A stretch of 64,000 nt of DNA from assembly GCA_035463115.1 (NCBI GenBank), contig DATHTO010000020.1, positions 9,316 to 73,315 on the forward strand, read 5' to 3'. Below, one piece after another: positions 8,366 through 21,768 of the stretch; the first letter of the stretch is position 1, and every line of letters starts with the position of its first letter. The stretch comes from Actinomycetota bacterium (GTDB lineage: Bacteria > Actinomycetota > UBA4738 > HRBIN12). The position numbers and the translations under genes are program-made. The notes beneath the pieces were generated by a model, which saw nothing but the letters and a program-made list of their open reading frames with translations, was not told the DNA's origin and ran no database searches.

Positions 8366-9654
8366 CAGGTCTCCGCGGGATCGGGCACGAGCAGCGCGCC
8401 GCCTTCGCGGCGGACCTCGGCCCCGAGGCACGTGAGCTTCTCTTCGAGGTCCTCGTAGCCGCGATCGACGTGGTAGAGATCGGCGATCTCGGTGACGCCG
8501 TCGGCACACAGGGCCGCGATCACCATCGCGGCGCCGGCGCGGATGTCGAGCGCTCGGACCGGCGCGGCCGACAGGCGGGGAACGCCGCGCACGACCGCGT
8601 GGTGGCCCTCGGTCCGGATGTCGGCCCCCATGCGCCGGAGCTCGTCGACGTACAGGAAGCGTCCCTCGAACACGTTCTCGGTCGCGATCGCGGTGCCTTC
8701 GGCGACCGACAGCATCGCGAGCAGGATCGGCTGGAAGTCCGTCGCGAGCCCCGGATACGGCAGCGTGACGAAGTCGACGGCGCGCGGACGGACGTCCTGT
8801 CGCACGCGGAGGCCGTCGAAGGTCACGGAGATGTCGGCGCCGGCGTCGGCCAGCTTCGAGAGCAACAGCTCGAGGTGCTCGGGGCGGGCTTCCGCGAGCG
8901 TGACGTCGCCCAGGGTGGCGACCGCCGCGGTCGCCCAGGTCCCTGCCTCGATCCGGTCGGGCATCGCACGGAACGACGTCGGCGCGAACGAATCGACGCC
9001 CTCGACCTCGATCGTGCTCGTGCCGGCGCCTCCGATGCGGGCGCCGAGCTGGATGAGGAATGCCGCGATGTCGGCGATCTCGGGCTCGCGCGCGGCGTTG
9101 TCGATCACCGTCGTGCCGCGCGCGGCCACGGCCGCCATCATGAGGTTCTCCGTCGCGCCGACGCTCGGATAGTCGAGGGTGAGCGCGGCGCCGCGCAGGC
9201 CGTGCGGCGCCGTCGCCTCGACGAACCCATGCTCGAGCGTCACGGTCGCGCCCATCCGTTCGAGACCCGCGAGGTGCAGGTCGATCGGACGGCTGCCGAT
9301 CTCGTCGCCGCCGGGCATCGCGACACGAGCGCGACCGCATCGAGCGAGGAGCGGACCGAGGACGACGATCGAGGCGCGCATCCGACGGACCAGTTCGTAC
9401 GGCGCCTCGATCGCCCCGACGTCCGTCGCGTCGATCGTGACGCCTCCTGCGCCGTCCCACGACACCCCGACGCCGAGCTCCTCGAGGACGTTGCCCATGA
9501 GCGAGCAGTCGATGATCCGAGGCACGTTGCGAAGCTCCGTCCGGCCGGGCGCCAGCACGGACCCCGCCATCAGCTTCAGCGCGGCGTTCTTGGCGCCCGC
9601 GATGCGAACGGCGCCGTCGAGCCTCGCGCCCCCGGTCACGAGCAGGCGGTCCAT
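8362..9654 (-). CDS. murA: UDP-N-acetylglucosamine 1-carboxyvinyltransferase
   Basis: 430 aa full-length MurA similarity (KNAALKLMAGSVLA...RPIDLHL). Synteny after atpC matches mycobacteria. Confidence 0.9.
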   Translation of the reverse strand: MDRLLVTGGARLDGAVRIAGAKNAALKLMAGSVLAPGRTELRNVPRIIDCSLMGNVLEELGVGVSWDGAGGVTIDATDVGAIEAPYELVRRMRASIVVLGPLLARCGRARVAMPGGDEIGSRPIDLHLAGLERMGATVTLEHGFVEATAPHGLRGAALTLDYPSVGATENLMMAAVAARGTTVIDNAAREPEIADIAAFLIQLGARIGGAGTSTIEVEGVDSFAPTSFRAMPDRIEAGTWATAAVATLGDVTLAEARPEHLELLLSKLADAGADISVTFDGLRVRQDVRPRAVDFVTLPYPGLATDFQPILLAMLSVAEGTAIATENVFEGRFLYVDELRRMGADIRTEGHHAVVRGVPRLSAAPVRALDIRAGAAMVIAALCADGVTEIADLYHVDRGYEDLEEKLTCLGAEVRREGGALLVPDPAETW

Positions 9655-9736
9655 CAGGGCCCCATCGTAGGCCGTTGCGTCGCCCCGGTCGCGCAGGGAG
9701 CGTGCGTATGGACGGCGTTCACGGTCGCGCCGGCCG

Positions 9737-10147
9737 TCACCCGGCGATCGCGAGGCGCGCGTTCGCCTTGTCGAGCTCGCGTTGGAGCCGCTCGCGCTCG
9801 TCCGGCTCGAGCCCGTCGCGCGCGTCGAGGCGATCGCTCGCCTCGCTCGCGCGCTGACGTGCCGCTGCCACGTCGACCTCCGACGCGAGCTCGGCCCCGT
9901 CGGCCAGGACGTCGGCGCGGGTCGTCCCTTCCTCGGTCGAGACGTGCAGGAACCCGCCGTCGATCACGACGACCTCCTCGCCGCGCTCGGTGTGGACGCG
10001 CAGCGCTCCGACGTCGAGACGCACGAGCAGCGGCGCGTGCCCGTTCATGATGCCGACCTCGCCGTCGGTGCCGCGGGCGACGAGCAGGCGCGCCTCACCC
10101 GACCACAGCTCGCGCTCCGGCGTGACGACGTGGACCTCGAGCGCCAC
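9737..10147 (-). CDS. atpC: F1 ATP synthase epsilon subunit
   Basis: 136 aa. Last gene of the atp operon. Confidence 0.85.
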   Translation of the reverse strand: MALEVHVVTPERELWSGEARLLVARGTDGEVGIMNGHAPLLVRLDVGALRVHTERGEEVVVIDGGFLHVSTEEGTTRADVLADGAELASEVDVAAARQRASEASDRLDARDGLEPDERERLQRELDKANARLAIAG

Positions 10148-10150
10148 GGG

Positions 10151-12483
<2,333 letters not shown>

Positions 12484-12486
12484 CGG

Positions 12487-14253
12487 CTAGCCCGGCGGCG
12501 GCGCGTCGGTGTCGCCGGCCGGGCCCGCCGTCTCCCGCGTCTGCCTCTGCGCCTCGGTCTGGGATCCGGCGACCACGGTCGCGGCGCCTCCGCCGTCGCT
12601 CTGCGGCACGGTGTCGTCGGCGTCGTCGTCGACGGACGACATGCGATCCCAGCCGACGTCAGCACGGACCTCGTCGGGACCGGTGCCTCCGCCGAGCGCC
12701 GCGGCCGAGCCCGCGTCGGCGTCCGACGGGACGAACGTGGTCTTGTACTCCGCGATCGCGGACTTCAGCTTCTCCTCGGTCTCGTCCGACAGGTCGCCGG
12801 TCTCCTTGATCGTCGTGAGGACCTCGGAGGCGCGCGTCTCGACGAACGAGAGGAAGCCGTCCATGAAGCGCTTCGCGTCGTCGACCGGATACTCGTCGAG
12901 GTGGCCGCCCGTCACCGTGTAGACGGCGACGACCTGCCGCTCGACGGGTTGCGGTTCGTACTGCCGCTGCTTGAGGATCTCGACGACGCGAGCGCCTCGG
13001 GCGAGCTGCTGCTGGGACGCCTTGTCGAGCTCGGAACCGAGCTGCGCGAACGCCTCGAGCGCACGGTACTGCGCGAGGTCGATCCGCAGCCGCCCTGCGA
13101 CCTTCTTCATCGCCTTGATCTGAGCGGCGCCACCGACGCGTGACACCGAGATGCCGACGTTGATCACCGGCCGCACACCCGAGAAGAAGAGCTCCGGCTC
13201 GAGGTAGATCTGCCCGTCGGTGATCGAGATCACGTTCGTCGGGATGTACGCGGAGACGTCGCCGCCCTTCGTCTCGATGATCGGAAGGGCGGTGAGCGAT
13301 CCGCCGCCGAGCTCGTCGGACAGTTTCGCGGCGCGCTCGAGCAGCCGTGAGTGGAGGTAGAACACGTCGCCGGGGTACGCCTCGCGGCCGGGAGGACGCC
13401 GCAGCAGCAGCGACAGCGTGCGGTACGCCGTCGCCTGCTTCGACAGGTCGTCGTAGACCACCAGCGCAGCCTCGCCGTTGTACATCCAGTGCGCGCCGAG
13501 CGCCGCGCCCGCGTAGGGCGCGAGGTACTGGAACGGCGCGGGATCCGACGCGGCGGCGTTCACGATCACGGTGTAGTCGAGCGCGCCGTTCTCACGGAGG
13601 GTCTCGACGACCTCCGCGACGGTCGAGGCCTTCTGTCCGACCGCGACGTAGATGCACTTCACCGCGCGGTCGGTCCCCCAGTTCTCGCGCTGGGCGATGA
13701 TCGCGTCGATCGCGACGGCCGTCTTGCCGGTCTGACGGTCGCCGATGATGAGCTGGCGCTGGCCTCGCCCGATCGCGGTCATCGCGTCGATCGCGGTGAT
13801 GCCCGTGTAGAGCGGTTCCTTCACGGGCTGCCGCGACACCACGTTCGGCGCCTGCACCTCCAGGTTCCGTGTCTCGGTCGACGCGATCGAGCCTCTGCCG
13901 TCGAGCGGACGACCGAGGGCGTCGACGACGCGGCCGAGGAAGCCGTCGCCGACCGGCACCGACAGGATCGTCCCGGTCTGCTTGACCGGGTCGCCCTCCT
14001 CGATGTGGGACGCCTCACCGAGGATGATGCAGCCGATCTGGTCCTCCTCGAGGTTCAGCGCGACGCCGAGGATCCCGCCGGGGAACTCGAGGAGCTCGTT
14101 CGCCATGGCGCGCGGGAGCCCCTGGACGCGGGCGATCCCGTCACCGGTCTCGACGACCCGACCGACCTCTTCACGGTCGACCGACGGCGTGTAGCTCTCG
14201 ACGTTCCGACGGAGCGCATCGGCGATCTTCTGCGGGTCCAGGTCCAATGCCAT
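12487..14253 (-). CDS. atpA: F1 ATP synthase alpha subunit with ~75-aa acidic/Gly-rich C-terminal extension
   Basis: P-loop GDRQTGKT. 588 aa versus ~510-550 typical. The tail after ...EYKTTF is [19 protein letters not shown]...DTDAPPPG. Confidence 0.95.
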   Translation of the reverse strand: MALDLDPQKIADALRRNVESYTPSVDREEVGRVVETGDGIARVQGLPRAMANELLEFPGGILGVALNLEEDQIGCIILGEASHIEEGDPVKQTGTILSVPVGDGFLGRVVDALGRPLDGRGSIASTETRNLEVQAPNVVSRQPVKEPLYTGITAIDAMTAIGRGQRQLIIGDRQTGKTAVAIDAIIAQRENWGTDRAVKCIYVAVGQKASTVAEVVETLRENGALDYTVIVNAAASDPAPFQYLAPYAGAALGAHWMYNGEAALVVYDDLSKQATAYRTLSLLLRRPPGREAYPGDVFYLHSRLLERAAKLSDELGGGSLTALPIIETKGGDVSAYIPTNVISITDGQIYLEPELFFSGVRPVINVGISVSRVGGAAQIKAMKKVAGRLRIDLAQYRALEAFAQLGSELDKASQQQLARGARVVEILKQRQYEPQPVERQVVAVYTVTGGHLDEYPVDDAKRFMDGFLSFVETRASEVLTTIKETGDLSDETEEKLKSAIAEYKTTFVPSDADAGSAAALGGGTGPDEVRADVGWDRMSSVDDDADDTVPQSDGGGAATVVAGSQTEAQRQTRETAGPAGDTDAPPPG

Positions 14254-14261
14254 CGTCTGCC

Positions 14262-14819
14262 TCAGCTCCCGAGTACCTGCGTCGCGTCCTCGAGCCGGCT
14301 CGCGACCGAGCCGTCGAAGACTTCGTCACCGACACGGGCGACGACGCCGCCCACCACCGTCGGGTCCACCACGATCTTCACCTCGACCTGCTTGCCCGTC
14401 GCGCGCGACAGCGCCTCGGTCAACCGCGCACGCTGCGCGTCCGACAGCGGAACCGCGCTCCGCACCTCGGCGACCTCGCGCTGGCGCTGCTCGGCCGCGA
14501 TCTGCGTCACCCGCTCGGCGATCTTCGTCAGGTCCCGGGCGCGATCGGCCTGGATCAGGAACGACACGAGAGCCACCGTCGTCGGGTGCGCCCGCTCGCC
14601 GAGCACGTCGCGGACGAGCTCGACCCGGTTCTCGACCGGAAGAGCCCGGTTGCCGATCGCCTCCCGGAGCTGCGCGTTCGCGTCGACCGCCTTCGCGAAG
14701 GCGAACAGCTCGTCCTCGATCGTGCCGAGGGCGCCTTCGGCCTGCGCGACCGCGACGGCGGCCGCGGCGTACCCGCCGACGCGATCGTCGCTTCCGAAGA
14801 GACGGTCGAGCACGCCCAC
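14262..14819 (-). CDS. atpH: F1 ATP synthase delta subunit
   Basis: 185 aa OSCP-like. Confidence 0.85.
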   Translation of the reverse strand: MGVLDRLFGSDDRVGGYAAAAVAVAQAEGALGTIEDELFAFAKAVDANAQLREAIGNRALPVENRVELVRDVLGERAHPTTVALVSFLIQADRARDLTKIAERVTQIAAEQRQREVAEVRSAVPLSDAQRARLTEALSRATGKQVEVKIVVDPTVVGGVVARVGDEVFDGSVASRLEDATQVLGS

Positions 14820-14823
14820 CGGG

Positions 14824-15399
14824 TCAGCCCCGTCCGTTCGTGCCGGTCGACGCGACCTCGTCGATGTAGTCGTCGATCAGGCGCTCGTGCGTCGTGCGGT
14901 CGAGGGACTGCCCGACGACGCGCCCGGCGAGCTCCACCGCGATGTCGCCCACCTGCGCGCGCAGTTCCTGGAAGACGCGATCGCGTTCGGCGCGGATCTC
15001 GTCCTGCGCTCTCGCCACGGTCGCCTGCGCCTCTTCCTCGGCCTTGGCCTGGACGTCACGGCGGAGCTGTTCCGCCGTCTTCCGGGCCTCCTCGATGATG
15101 CGGTTGGCCTCGTCGCGGGCGCCGGCCAGCTGCTCGCGGTACTCCGAGAGGACCGTGTCGGCTTCGGAACGCGTCTGCTCCGCGCGCTCCATCTCGCCCT
15201 GGATCCTCGCCGTACGCTCGGCGAGCATCGTGTTGAGCGCCGGGAACGCGAACTTCGCGAGGACGCCGAAGACGATCAGGAACGCCACACCGCCGAAGAT
15301 GATCTCGGCGATGTCGGGCAGGATCGGGTTCTCCGGTCCCGCCACCTCCTCGGCCTCGGTCGCCGCGAGGAGCGCGAGCGATGCGATCGTGCTCAGCAT
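14824..15399 (-). CDS. atpF: Fo ATP synthase b subunit
   Basis: N-terminal TM plus a long charged coiled coil. Confidence 0.85.
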   Translation of the reverse strand: MLSTIASLALLAATEAEEVAGPENPILPDIAEIIFGGVAFLIVFGVLAKFAFPALNTMLAERTARIQGEMERAEQTRSEADTVLSEYREQLAGARDEANRIIEEARKTAEQLRRDVQAKAEEEAQATVARAQDEIRAERDRVFQELRAQVGDIAVELAGRVVGQSLDRTTHERLIDDYIDEVASTGTNGRG

Positions 15400-15409
15400 C
15401 GACGCCTCC

Positions 15410-16517
<1,108 letters not shown>

Positions 16518-16946
16518 CTACCGAGCCTCCCGTGCGGCGAGCGCCGAACCGGCCCGAGCCGCCGCCGGGTCGGCGGGGATCTCGAGCGTCGCGCCCACGC
16601 CGCGGGTCACGAGTCGCGCTTCGAACGCGAGGAGCAGGATCGTGGCCGGCACGACCGCGAGGGCGAACGCCACCGGCGAGAACGGATCGAGGGTGTTCAG
16701 GGCGAACATCGCCGCGACGACGACCCCGAGCCGCACCACGAACCCGCCGAGCGCGACGGCGAACACCGCCGAGACCGAGATCGTCGACGCCCACGCGAGC
16801 GAGAGCCCGTGCGCCGCGAAGTTCGCGGCGACGATCGCCACGCCGACGGCGGCCGACCACGCGGCGTCGGCGCCGTCGACGAGCCATCCGAGGGCCGCGG
16901 CGAGCGCCATGCCCGCGACCGCGGGGACCACCGCCCGCCTCACCAT
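16518..16946 (-). CDS. ATP synthase protein I-like membrane protein
   Basis: 142 aa with 4 TM segments, directly upstream of atpB as in other actinobacteria. Confidence 0.5.
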   Translation of the reverse strand: MVRRAVVPAVAGMALAAALGWLVDGADAAWSAAVGVAIVAANFAAHGLSLAWASTISVSAVFAVALGGFVVRLGVVVAAMFALNTLDPFSPVAFALAVVPATILLLAFEARLVTRGVGATLEIPADPAAARAGSALAAREAR

Positions 16947-16962
16947 CTCGCCCTCGGGTCGC

Positions 16963-17184
16963 TCAGCGCTCTTCAGTGCCGTACCGCCTGTAGATGACGT
17001 ACAAGGACACGCTCACGCCGAGGAGCATCCCGATCGGGAGGAACAGGTACGCCTCGAAGCCGAACCACCGGTCGAGGGCGTAGCCGACCCCTCCCCAGAC
17101 GAGGATCCCCGACAGGAGGGTGCTGATCACGCCCCACGCCTGGTTCGCCGACCTCCAAGCTTCCCCTCGGTCGTGTCCCTGCAT
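16963..17184 (-). CDS. AtpZ/ATPase_gene1-family small membrane protein
   Basis: 73 aa with two TM segments. It is the first gene of the atp operon. Confidence 0.55.
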   Translation of the reverse strand: MQGHDRGEAWRSANQAWGVISTLLSGILVWGGVGYALDRWFGFEAYLFLPIGMLLGVSVSLYVIYRRYGTEER

Positions 17185-17253
17185 GGGCGCGGGCAGTATA
17201 GGAGGCGCGGTCTGCGCCCGTCAAAGCTGTTTCCGCAGGTCAGAGCCTTGAAC

Positions 17254-17285
17254 GCCGACTTCGTGAAAGTTTTCACGAAGTCGGC
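17254..17285. repeat. perfect 32-bp palindrome GCCGACTTCGTGAAAGTTTTCACGAAGTCGGC between the pot operon 3' end and the atp promoter region
   Basis: Read directly from the sequence: two 15-bp arms around a GT centre, with an AT-rich core in a 70% GC background. Confidence 0.8.
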
Positions 17286-17346
17286 CGGCGCGGAACGCCG
17301 TCCCGACGACGGACCGGGGTCCGGATCGGGACCTCGGGGCGACCTT

Positions 17347-18216
17347 CTACGTCCCCGCTCGGCGCGACCCTCGGAACGCCGTCACGAGGTTCAGGCCGGC
17401 GGTCACGACCCCCGCCGCGAACAGGATCGTGCCCCAGACGTTCACCTGGGGCGGAACGCCGACCTTCGACGCTCCGAACACCCACGTCGGGAAGGTGTTC
17501 TGGGACGCGCCGACGAACTGCGTGATCACGAAGTCGTCGAGGGACAGCACGAAGGCGAGCAGGAATCCGGCCATGACGCCGGGAAGGATCAACGGCAACG
17601 TCACCCGGTAGAACGCCTGCCACGGCGTCGCGAACAGGTCCTGCGCGGCGTTCTCCAGCGACCGATCGAGGCCCTGGACCCGTGCACGCACCGTGATCGC
17701 GACGAACGCGATCGAGAACCCGATGTGACTGAAGAGGATCGAGCCGTACCCGAGCGGGGTGCCGGATTGAACGAACATCGACAGCAGCGCCGACGCCAGC
17801 ACGATCTCGGGGATCGCGATCGCGAGGAAGATCACGAAGTTGATCGCCGCGCGGCCGTGGAACCGGTAGCGCCCGAGCACGAGGCCGATCAGCGCCCCGA
17901 GCGCGGTCGCGACGATGGCCGCCGGGAACGCCACTCGGACCGACATCACGAGCGCGTCGTTCAGTCCTGTGACCCCGAACAGATCCCGCCACCAGTCGAA
18001 CGTGCAGCACGTGAACTGGGCGACCTGACGCTCCTGCCCCTGCAGCACGTTGAACGAGAACACGAACATCACGACGATCGGGCTCGCGAGGTACAGGATC
18101 ATCGCGACCGTGAATACAGGAAGGATGTAATACGTCCATCGCCGCCGGGCGCTGCGCGCGGGTGGACGCTCTGCCGCGGATGTCGTCGCAGGACCCTCGG
18201 TCGTCGTCGCGCTCAT
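17347..18216 (-). CDS. ABC transporter permease (PotC-like, polyamine/opine type)
   Basis: BPD_transp_1 signature (EAAQDLFATPWQAFYRVTLP). Confidence 0.8.
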   Translation of the reverse strand: MSATTTEGPATTSAAERPPARSARRRWTYYILPVFTVAMILYLASPIVVMFVFSFNVLQGQERQVAQFTCCTFDWWRDLFGVTGLNDALVMSVRVAFPAAIVATALGALIGLVLGRYRFHGRAAINFVIFLAIAIPEIVLASALLSMFVQSGTPLGYGSILFSHIGFSIAFVAITVRARVQGLDRSLENAAQDLFATPWQAFYRVTLPLILPGVMAGFLLAFVLSLDDFVITQFVGASQNTFPTWVFGASKVGVPPQVNVWGTILFAAGVVTAGLNLVTAFRGSRRAGT

Positions 18217-18217
18217 A

Positions 18218-19177
18218 TCAGATCGCCGATGCGGCCAAGGTGTCGTCCTCGGTCCCGAGCGCCCGCGCGTACATCACCGCGATCACCAACATGCCGAGCA
18301 TCAGGATCACGGAAAGGGCAGCGGCCTCCGGATAGGCGACCTCCGTCAAGAACTTCCGTTGGATCACCTGTCCGACCATGGTCGTGCGACTCGAGCCGAG
18401 CACGGTCGAGTTCACGTAGTCGCCCGTCGCGGGAACGAAGGTGAGGATCAACGCCGCGAACAGGCCCGGGAACGAGAGGGGCCACACGACCCGATAGAAC
18501 GCTTCGAACTTCGTCGCGTACAGATCTTTCGCCGCCTCGATGAGCCGGCGATCGATGCGCTCGAGCGCGACGTACAGCGGCAACGCCGTGAACGGCAGGA
18601 AGTTGTACGTGATCCCCGCGACGACGGCCACGGGGCCCGCGAGGACCCGGAAGTCGTCCGGCAAGAGCCCGATCGACTTCAGGGGGCCGAAGAGGACGCC
18701 GTCGTCGGCGAGCAGGAACTTCCACTGCACCGTCCGGATCACGAACGAGACGAAGAACGGCACGAGGATCATGAAGAAGAGCGTCGACTTCCAGCGCCCC
18801 GCATAGAACGCGATCCAGTACGCCATCGGATACGCGAGCAGGATGCAGAACAGCGTCGCCAAGCCGGAATAGATCACTGACTTCACGAAGAACCCGCTGT
18901 AGTCGCCGAGGACGTCGCCGTAGTTCGCGAACTCCCACGAGAAGCTGAACCCGCCCGACAGCAGCCCGCCGCTCTCGAGCGAGGTGTACACCACGAAGCC
19001 GAGCGGAACGAGGAACGCCAGCGCGAGGTAGACCGCACCCGGCGCAAGCAGCACGTACGCAACGCGCCGCTGGCGCTTCGCGAGGAACTGGTCCGCCCGC
19101 TTGGGCGGCTCGGCCCCCGCTCCACTGACGGCGGCGGCGCCGCCGAGCAGAGCGAGGTCCTGTGCCTTGTCCGCCAA
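18218..19177 (-). CDS. ABC transporter permease (PotB-like)
   Basis: EAAKDLYATKFEAFYRVVWP signature. Confidence 0.8.
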   Translation of the reverse strand: MADKAQDLALLGGAAAVSGAGAEPPKRADQFLAKRQRRVAYVLLAPGAVYLALAFLVPLGFVVYTSLESGGLLSGGFSFSWEFANYGDVLGDYSGFFVKSVIYSGLATLFCILLAYPMAYWIAFYAGRWKSTLFFMILVPFFVSFVIRTVQWKFLLADDGVLFGPLKSIGLLPDDFRVLAGPVAVVAGITYNFLPFTALPLYVALERIDRRLIEAAKDLYATKFEAFYRVVWPLSFPGLFAALILTFVPATGDYVNSTVLGSSRTTMVGQVIQRKFLTEVAYPEAAALSVILMLGMLVIAVMYARALGTEDDTLAASAI

Positions 19178-19192
19178 GATGTCGCCCTTGCC

Positions 19193-20500
19193 CTACGTCT
19201 CGAAGAGCGGGTTGAAGATCGAGTCCCACTCCTCCTGCTCGTCGTCGGTCGTGAGGTTCCGGCCGAAGCTCGTCTTGCCCAACAGCTCGTCGTCCGGCCA
19301 CAGGAACTCGCTCTCGGCCGTCGCCCGCAGGTCCTCCGCGAAGCCTCCGCTCTCCTCCTCGGCGTGATCGGCGATCAGCTGCTGCACCTCGGGCACGGGC
19401 GACATGTAGAGCACCCATTCGGTGATCATCTGGGCGATCTCGGGCTGATACACGTAGTCCATCAGCTGGTAGGCGCCCTGCGGGTTCGCCGAGTTCGCCG
19501 GGATCATCATGTTGTCGATCCAGAGCACCGCGCCGTTGTCGGGCACGCCGAACTCGAACGGATAGTCCTCCCAGATCCGGTAGTACAAGACGTCGCCCGA
19601 CCACGCCATGCACGCCGAGGTGTTGCCGGCGACGAAGTCGTCGATGTAGCCCTGGTCGTAGAACGTCCGGACGGTGCCGGACTCCTTCAGCATCTGGACC
19701 CAGTCGGCTGCCTCTTGCCACTCCTCGGGCCCCGACACCTCGGGGTCGATCCCGAGGTTGATCATCACGAGGTTCGGCAGATCCTCGTTCGCGAACAGCC
19801 CGACCGCGTTCGTGCCGACCAGGTCGGCGTTCATGAGGTCGTCCATCTTCGTGAGCGGCTGCGCGACCATGTCGGTGTTCCACGCGAGACCCGTGAGCCC
19901 CGACTGCCACGCCATCGTGAACCGATTCCCCGGGTCGAAGCTCGGGTCCCTCGCCCACGCCGCCGCGTTCGCGTCGAAGTTCGGCCGACGGCTCGGATCG
20001 AGCTCGGTGACCCAACCGTTCACCACGAGCGCGTTCAGCTGTCGCCCGTTCGTGATGACGATGATGTCGCGCCCGGTGTCCTGCCCGGCCTGGAGCTGCG
20101 GGAGGAGCTCGCCGAAGAACGCGGCGTTGTCTTGGATCTCCTCGTTGTAGTTGACCTTGATGCTGGTGTCCTGCTCGAACTGGTACAGCGACGGATACCC
20201 CCGCTCACCGGTGGGCAACCTGCCCTTGTCGATGTAGAGCGGCCAGTTCGCGAACTCGACCGTGTCGCCGGGATCTGCGGTGAAGTCGACGGTCGGTCCC
20301 GCGGCCGACGTTCCGGTGTTGCCCCCGGAGCCCGGCGGTTCTTCGCCGCCGCACGCCGCGAGGATCGAGGCGAGGCTCAGCGATCCGACGGAGATGCCCG
20401 CGTATCGGATCATGTCGCGCCGCGACATGCGGCGCGACGTCATGCCGCGCATCCACGCGGCCGAACCACCCGGCAGCTGCGGGCGCTGGTCGTCCGTCAT
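19193..20500 (-). CDS. ABC transporter substrate-binding lipoprotein (PotD/PotF family)
   Basis: Tat-like RR motif followed by the lipobox LAACGG. ATGA overlap with the potA stop. Confidence 0.8.
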   Translation of the reverse strand: MTDDQRPQLPGGSAAWMRGMTSRRMSRRDMIRYAGISVGSLSLASILAACGGEEPPGSGGNTGTSAAGPTVDFTADPGDTVEFANWPLYIDKGRLPTGERGYPSLYQFEQDTSIKVNYNEEIQDNAAFFGELLPQLQAGQDTGRDIIVITNGRQLNALVVNGWVTELDPSRRPNFDANAAAWARDPSFDPGNRFTMAWQSGLTGLAWNTDMVAQPLTKMDDLMNADLVGTNAVGLFANEDLPNLVMINLGIDPEVSGPEEWQEAADWVQMLKESGTVRTFYDQGYIDDFVAGNTSACMAWSGDVLYYRIWEDYPFEFGVPDNGAVLWIDNMMIPANSANPQGAYQLMDYVYQPEIAQMITEWVLYMSPVPEVQQLIADHAEEESGGFAEDLRATAESEFLWPDDELLGKTSFGRNLTTDDEQEEWDSIFNPLFET

Positions 20501-21627
20501 GCGTCTTCCTCCTCCATCACGAGATCGTCCTGAGGTTCGACGGCGAACGTGTGCTCAGGCTTCCACCACAGCACCACCTGTTCGCCCTGCCGGGGTGATC
20601 GCTCGGCCCCGAGGTTCTGGACGTACACGGTGAGCTCGGTTCCTCCCGGTGCGTCGACCTTGAACTGGTGGCTCACGCCGATGTACGTCGACATCACGAC
20701 GCGACCGGTGATGCTGTTGTGCCCGGCCGGAACGTCGAACCCGTCGTGCGCGATCGAGATCTTCTCCGGTCGCACACCGACCTTCAGCAGGTTCGACGAA
20801 TGCGTCGGGATCCGTGCGGCGGGCAGCCGCACCGTCTCACCCGCCGCCAGCAGCACCGACGCGTCACCGTTCGTGCTGCCGGTGTCCTTGAGCTCCCCTT
20901 CGAACAGGTTCGACGCGCCGAGGAACCCCGCGACGAACTCGGTGGCGGGGTTCTCGTACACGGCCTCGGGCTCACCGAGCTGTTCGATCCGGCCGTGGCG
21001 CATGACGGCGATGCGGTTCGACATCGTCATGGCCTCTTCCTGGTCGTGCGTCACGTAGATGAACGTGATGCCGACCTCCTGCTGGATCCGCTTCAGCTCG
21101 AGCTGCATCTGCTTGCGGAGCTTGAGGTCCAGGGCGCCGAGCGGCTCGTCCAGCAGGAGCACCTTCGGATGGTTCACGAGCGCTCGCGCCAACGCGACGC
21201 GCTGCTGCTGCCCACCCGACATCTGGCCCGGCTTGCGATCCTCGAAGCCGACGAGGTCGACGAGGCGGAGGGCGTCGGAGACGCGTGACTCGATCTCACC
21301 CTTGTCGACCTTCTTGCGGCGCAGGCCGAACGCGACGTTCTCACGGACGTCCAGGTGCGGGAACAGCGCGTAGGACTGGAACACCGTGTTGACGTCCCGC
21401 TTGTAGGGCGGAAGGTCGGTGACGTCGCGCCCACCGAGGTACACGGTCCCGTACGACGGATCCTCGAACCCGCCGATCATCCGGAGCGTCGTGGTCTTCC
21501 CGCAGCCCGAGGGGCCGAGCATGCTGAAGAACTCCCCCTCGGCGATGTCGAGCGACAGGTCGTCCACGGCGGTCACGCCACCGAACTGCTTGGTGACGCG
21601 CTCGAGGCGCACGTCGACTTCCGGCAC
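20497..21627 (-). CDS. ABC transporter ATP-binding protein (PotA-like)
   Basis: Walker A GPSGCGKTT, LSGGQQQRVALARAL, and a C-terminal TOBE domain. Confidence 0.85.
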   Translation of the reverse strand: MPEVDVRLERVTKQFGGVTAVDDLSLDIAEGEFFSMLGPSGCGKTTTLRMIGGFEDPSYGTVYLGGRDVTDLPPYKRDVNTVFQSYALFPHLDVRENVAFGLRRKKVDKGEIESRVSDALRLVDLVGFEDRKPGQMSGGQQQRVALARALVNHPKVLLLDEPLGALDLKLRKQMQLELKRIQQEVGITFIYVTHDQEEAMTMSNRIAVMRHGRIEQLGEPEAVYENPATEFVAGFLGASNLFEGELKDTGSTNGDASVLLAAGETVRLPAARIPTHSSNLLKVGVRPEKISIAHDGFDVPAGHNSITGRVVMSTYIGVSHQFKVDAPGGTELTVYVQNLGAERSPRQGEQVVLWWKPEHTFAVEPQDDLVMEEEDA

Positions 21628-21768
21628 GTCAACCCCCTCGTGAGACCCCGTTCGCGGCGCATGATGCCACAGGGGGTCGCATCATCACCAGGCTTCCGGG
21701 CGGCTGGAACCTCCGTGACCGAGGTCCCGCTCCCCTCAGGTTGTACGGAACGTCCAAGGCTGCGGGCT

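Noticed and set aside
21628-21768. Inverted repeats in the wecA/potA intergenic region (ATGATGC-n11-GCATCAT, GACCCC-n20-GGGGTC) as a regulatory site
   Set aside because: Short imperfect stems in a GC-rich spacer. They are most simply a weak terminator or attenuator after wecA, and nothing distinguishes them from chance.
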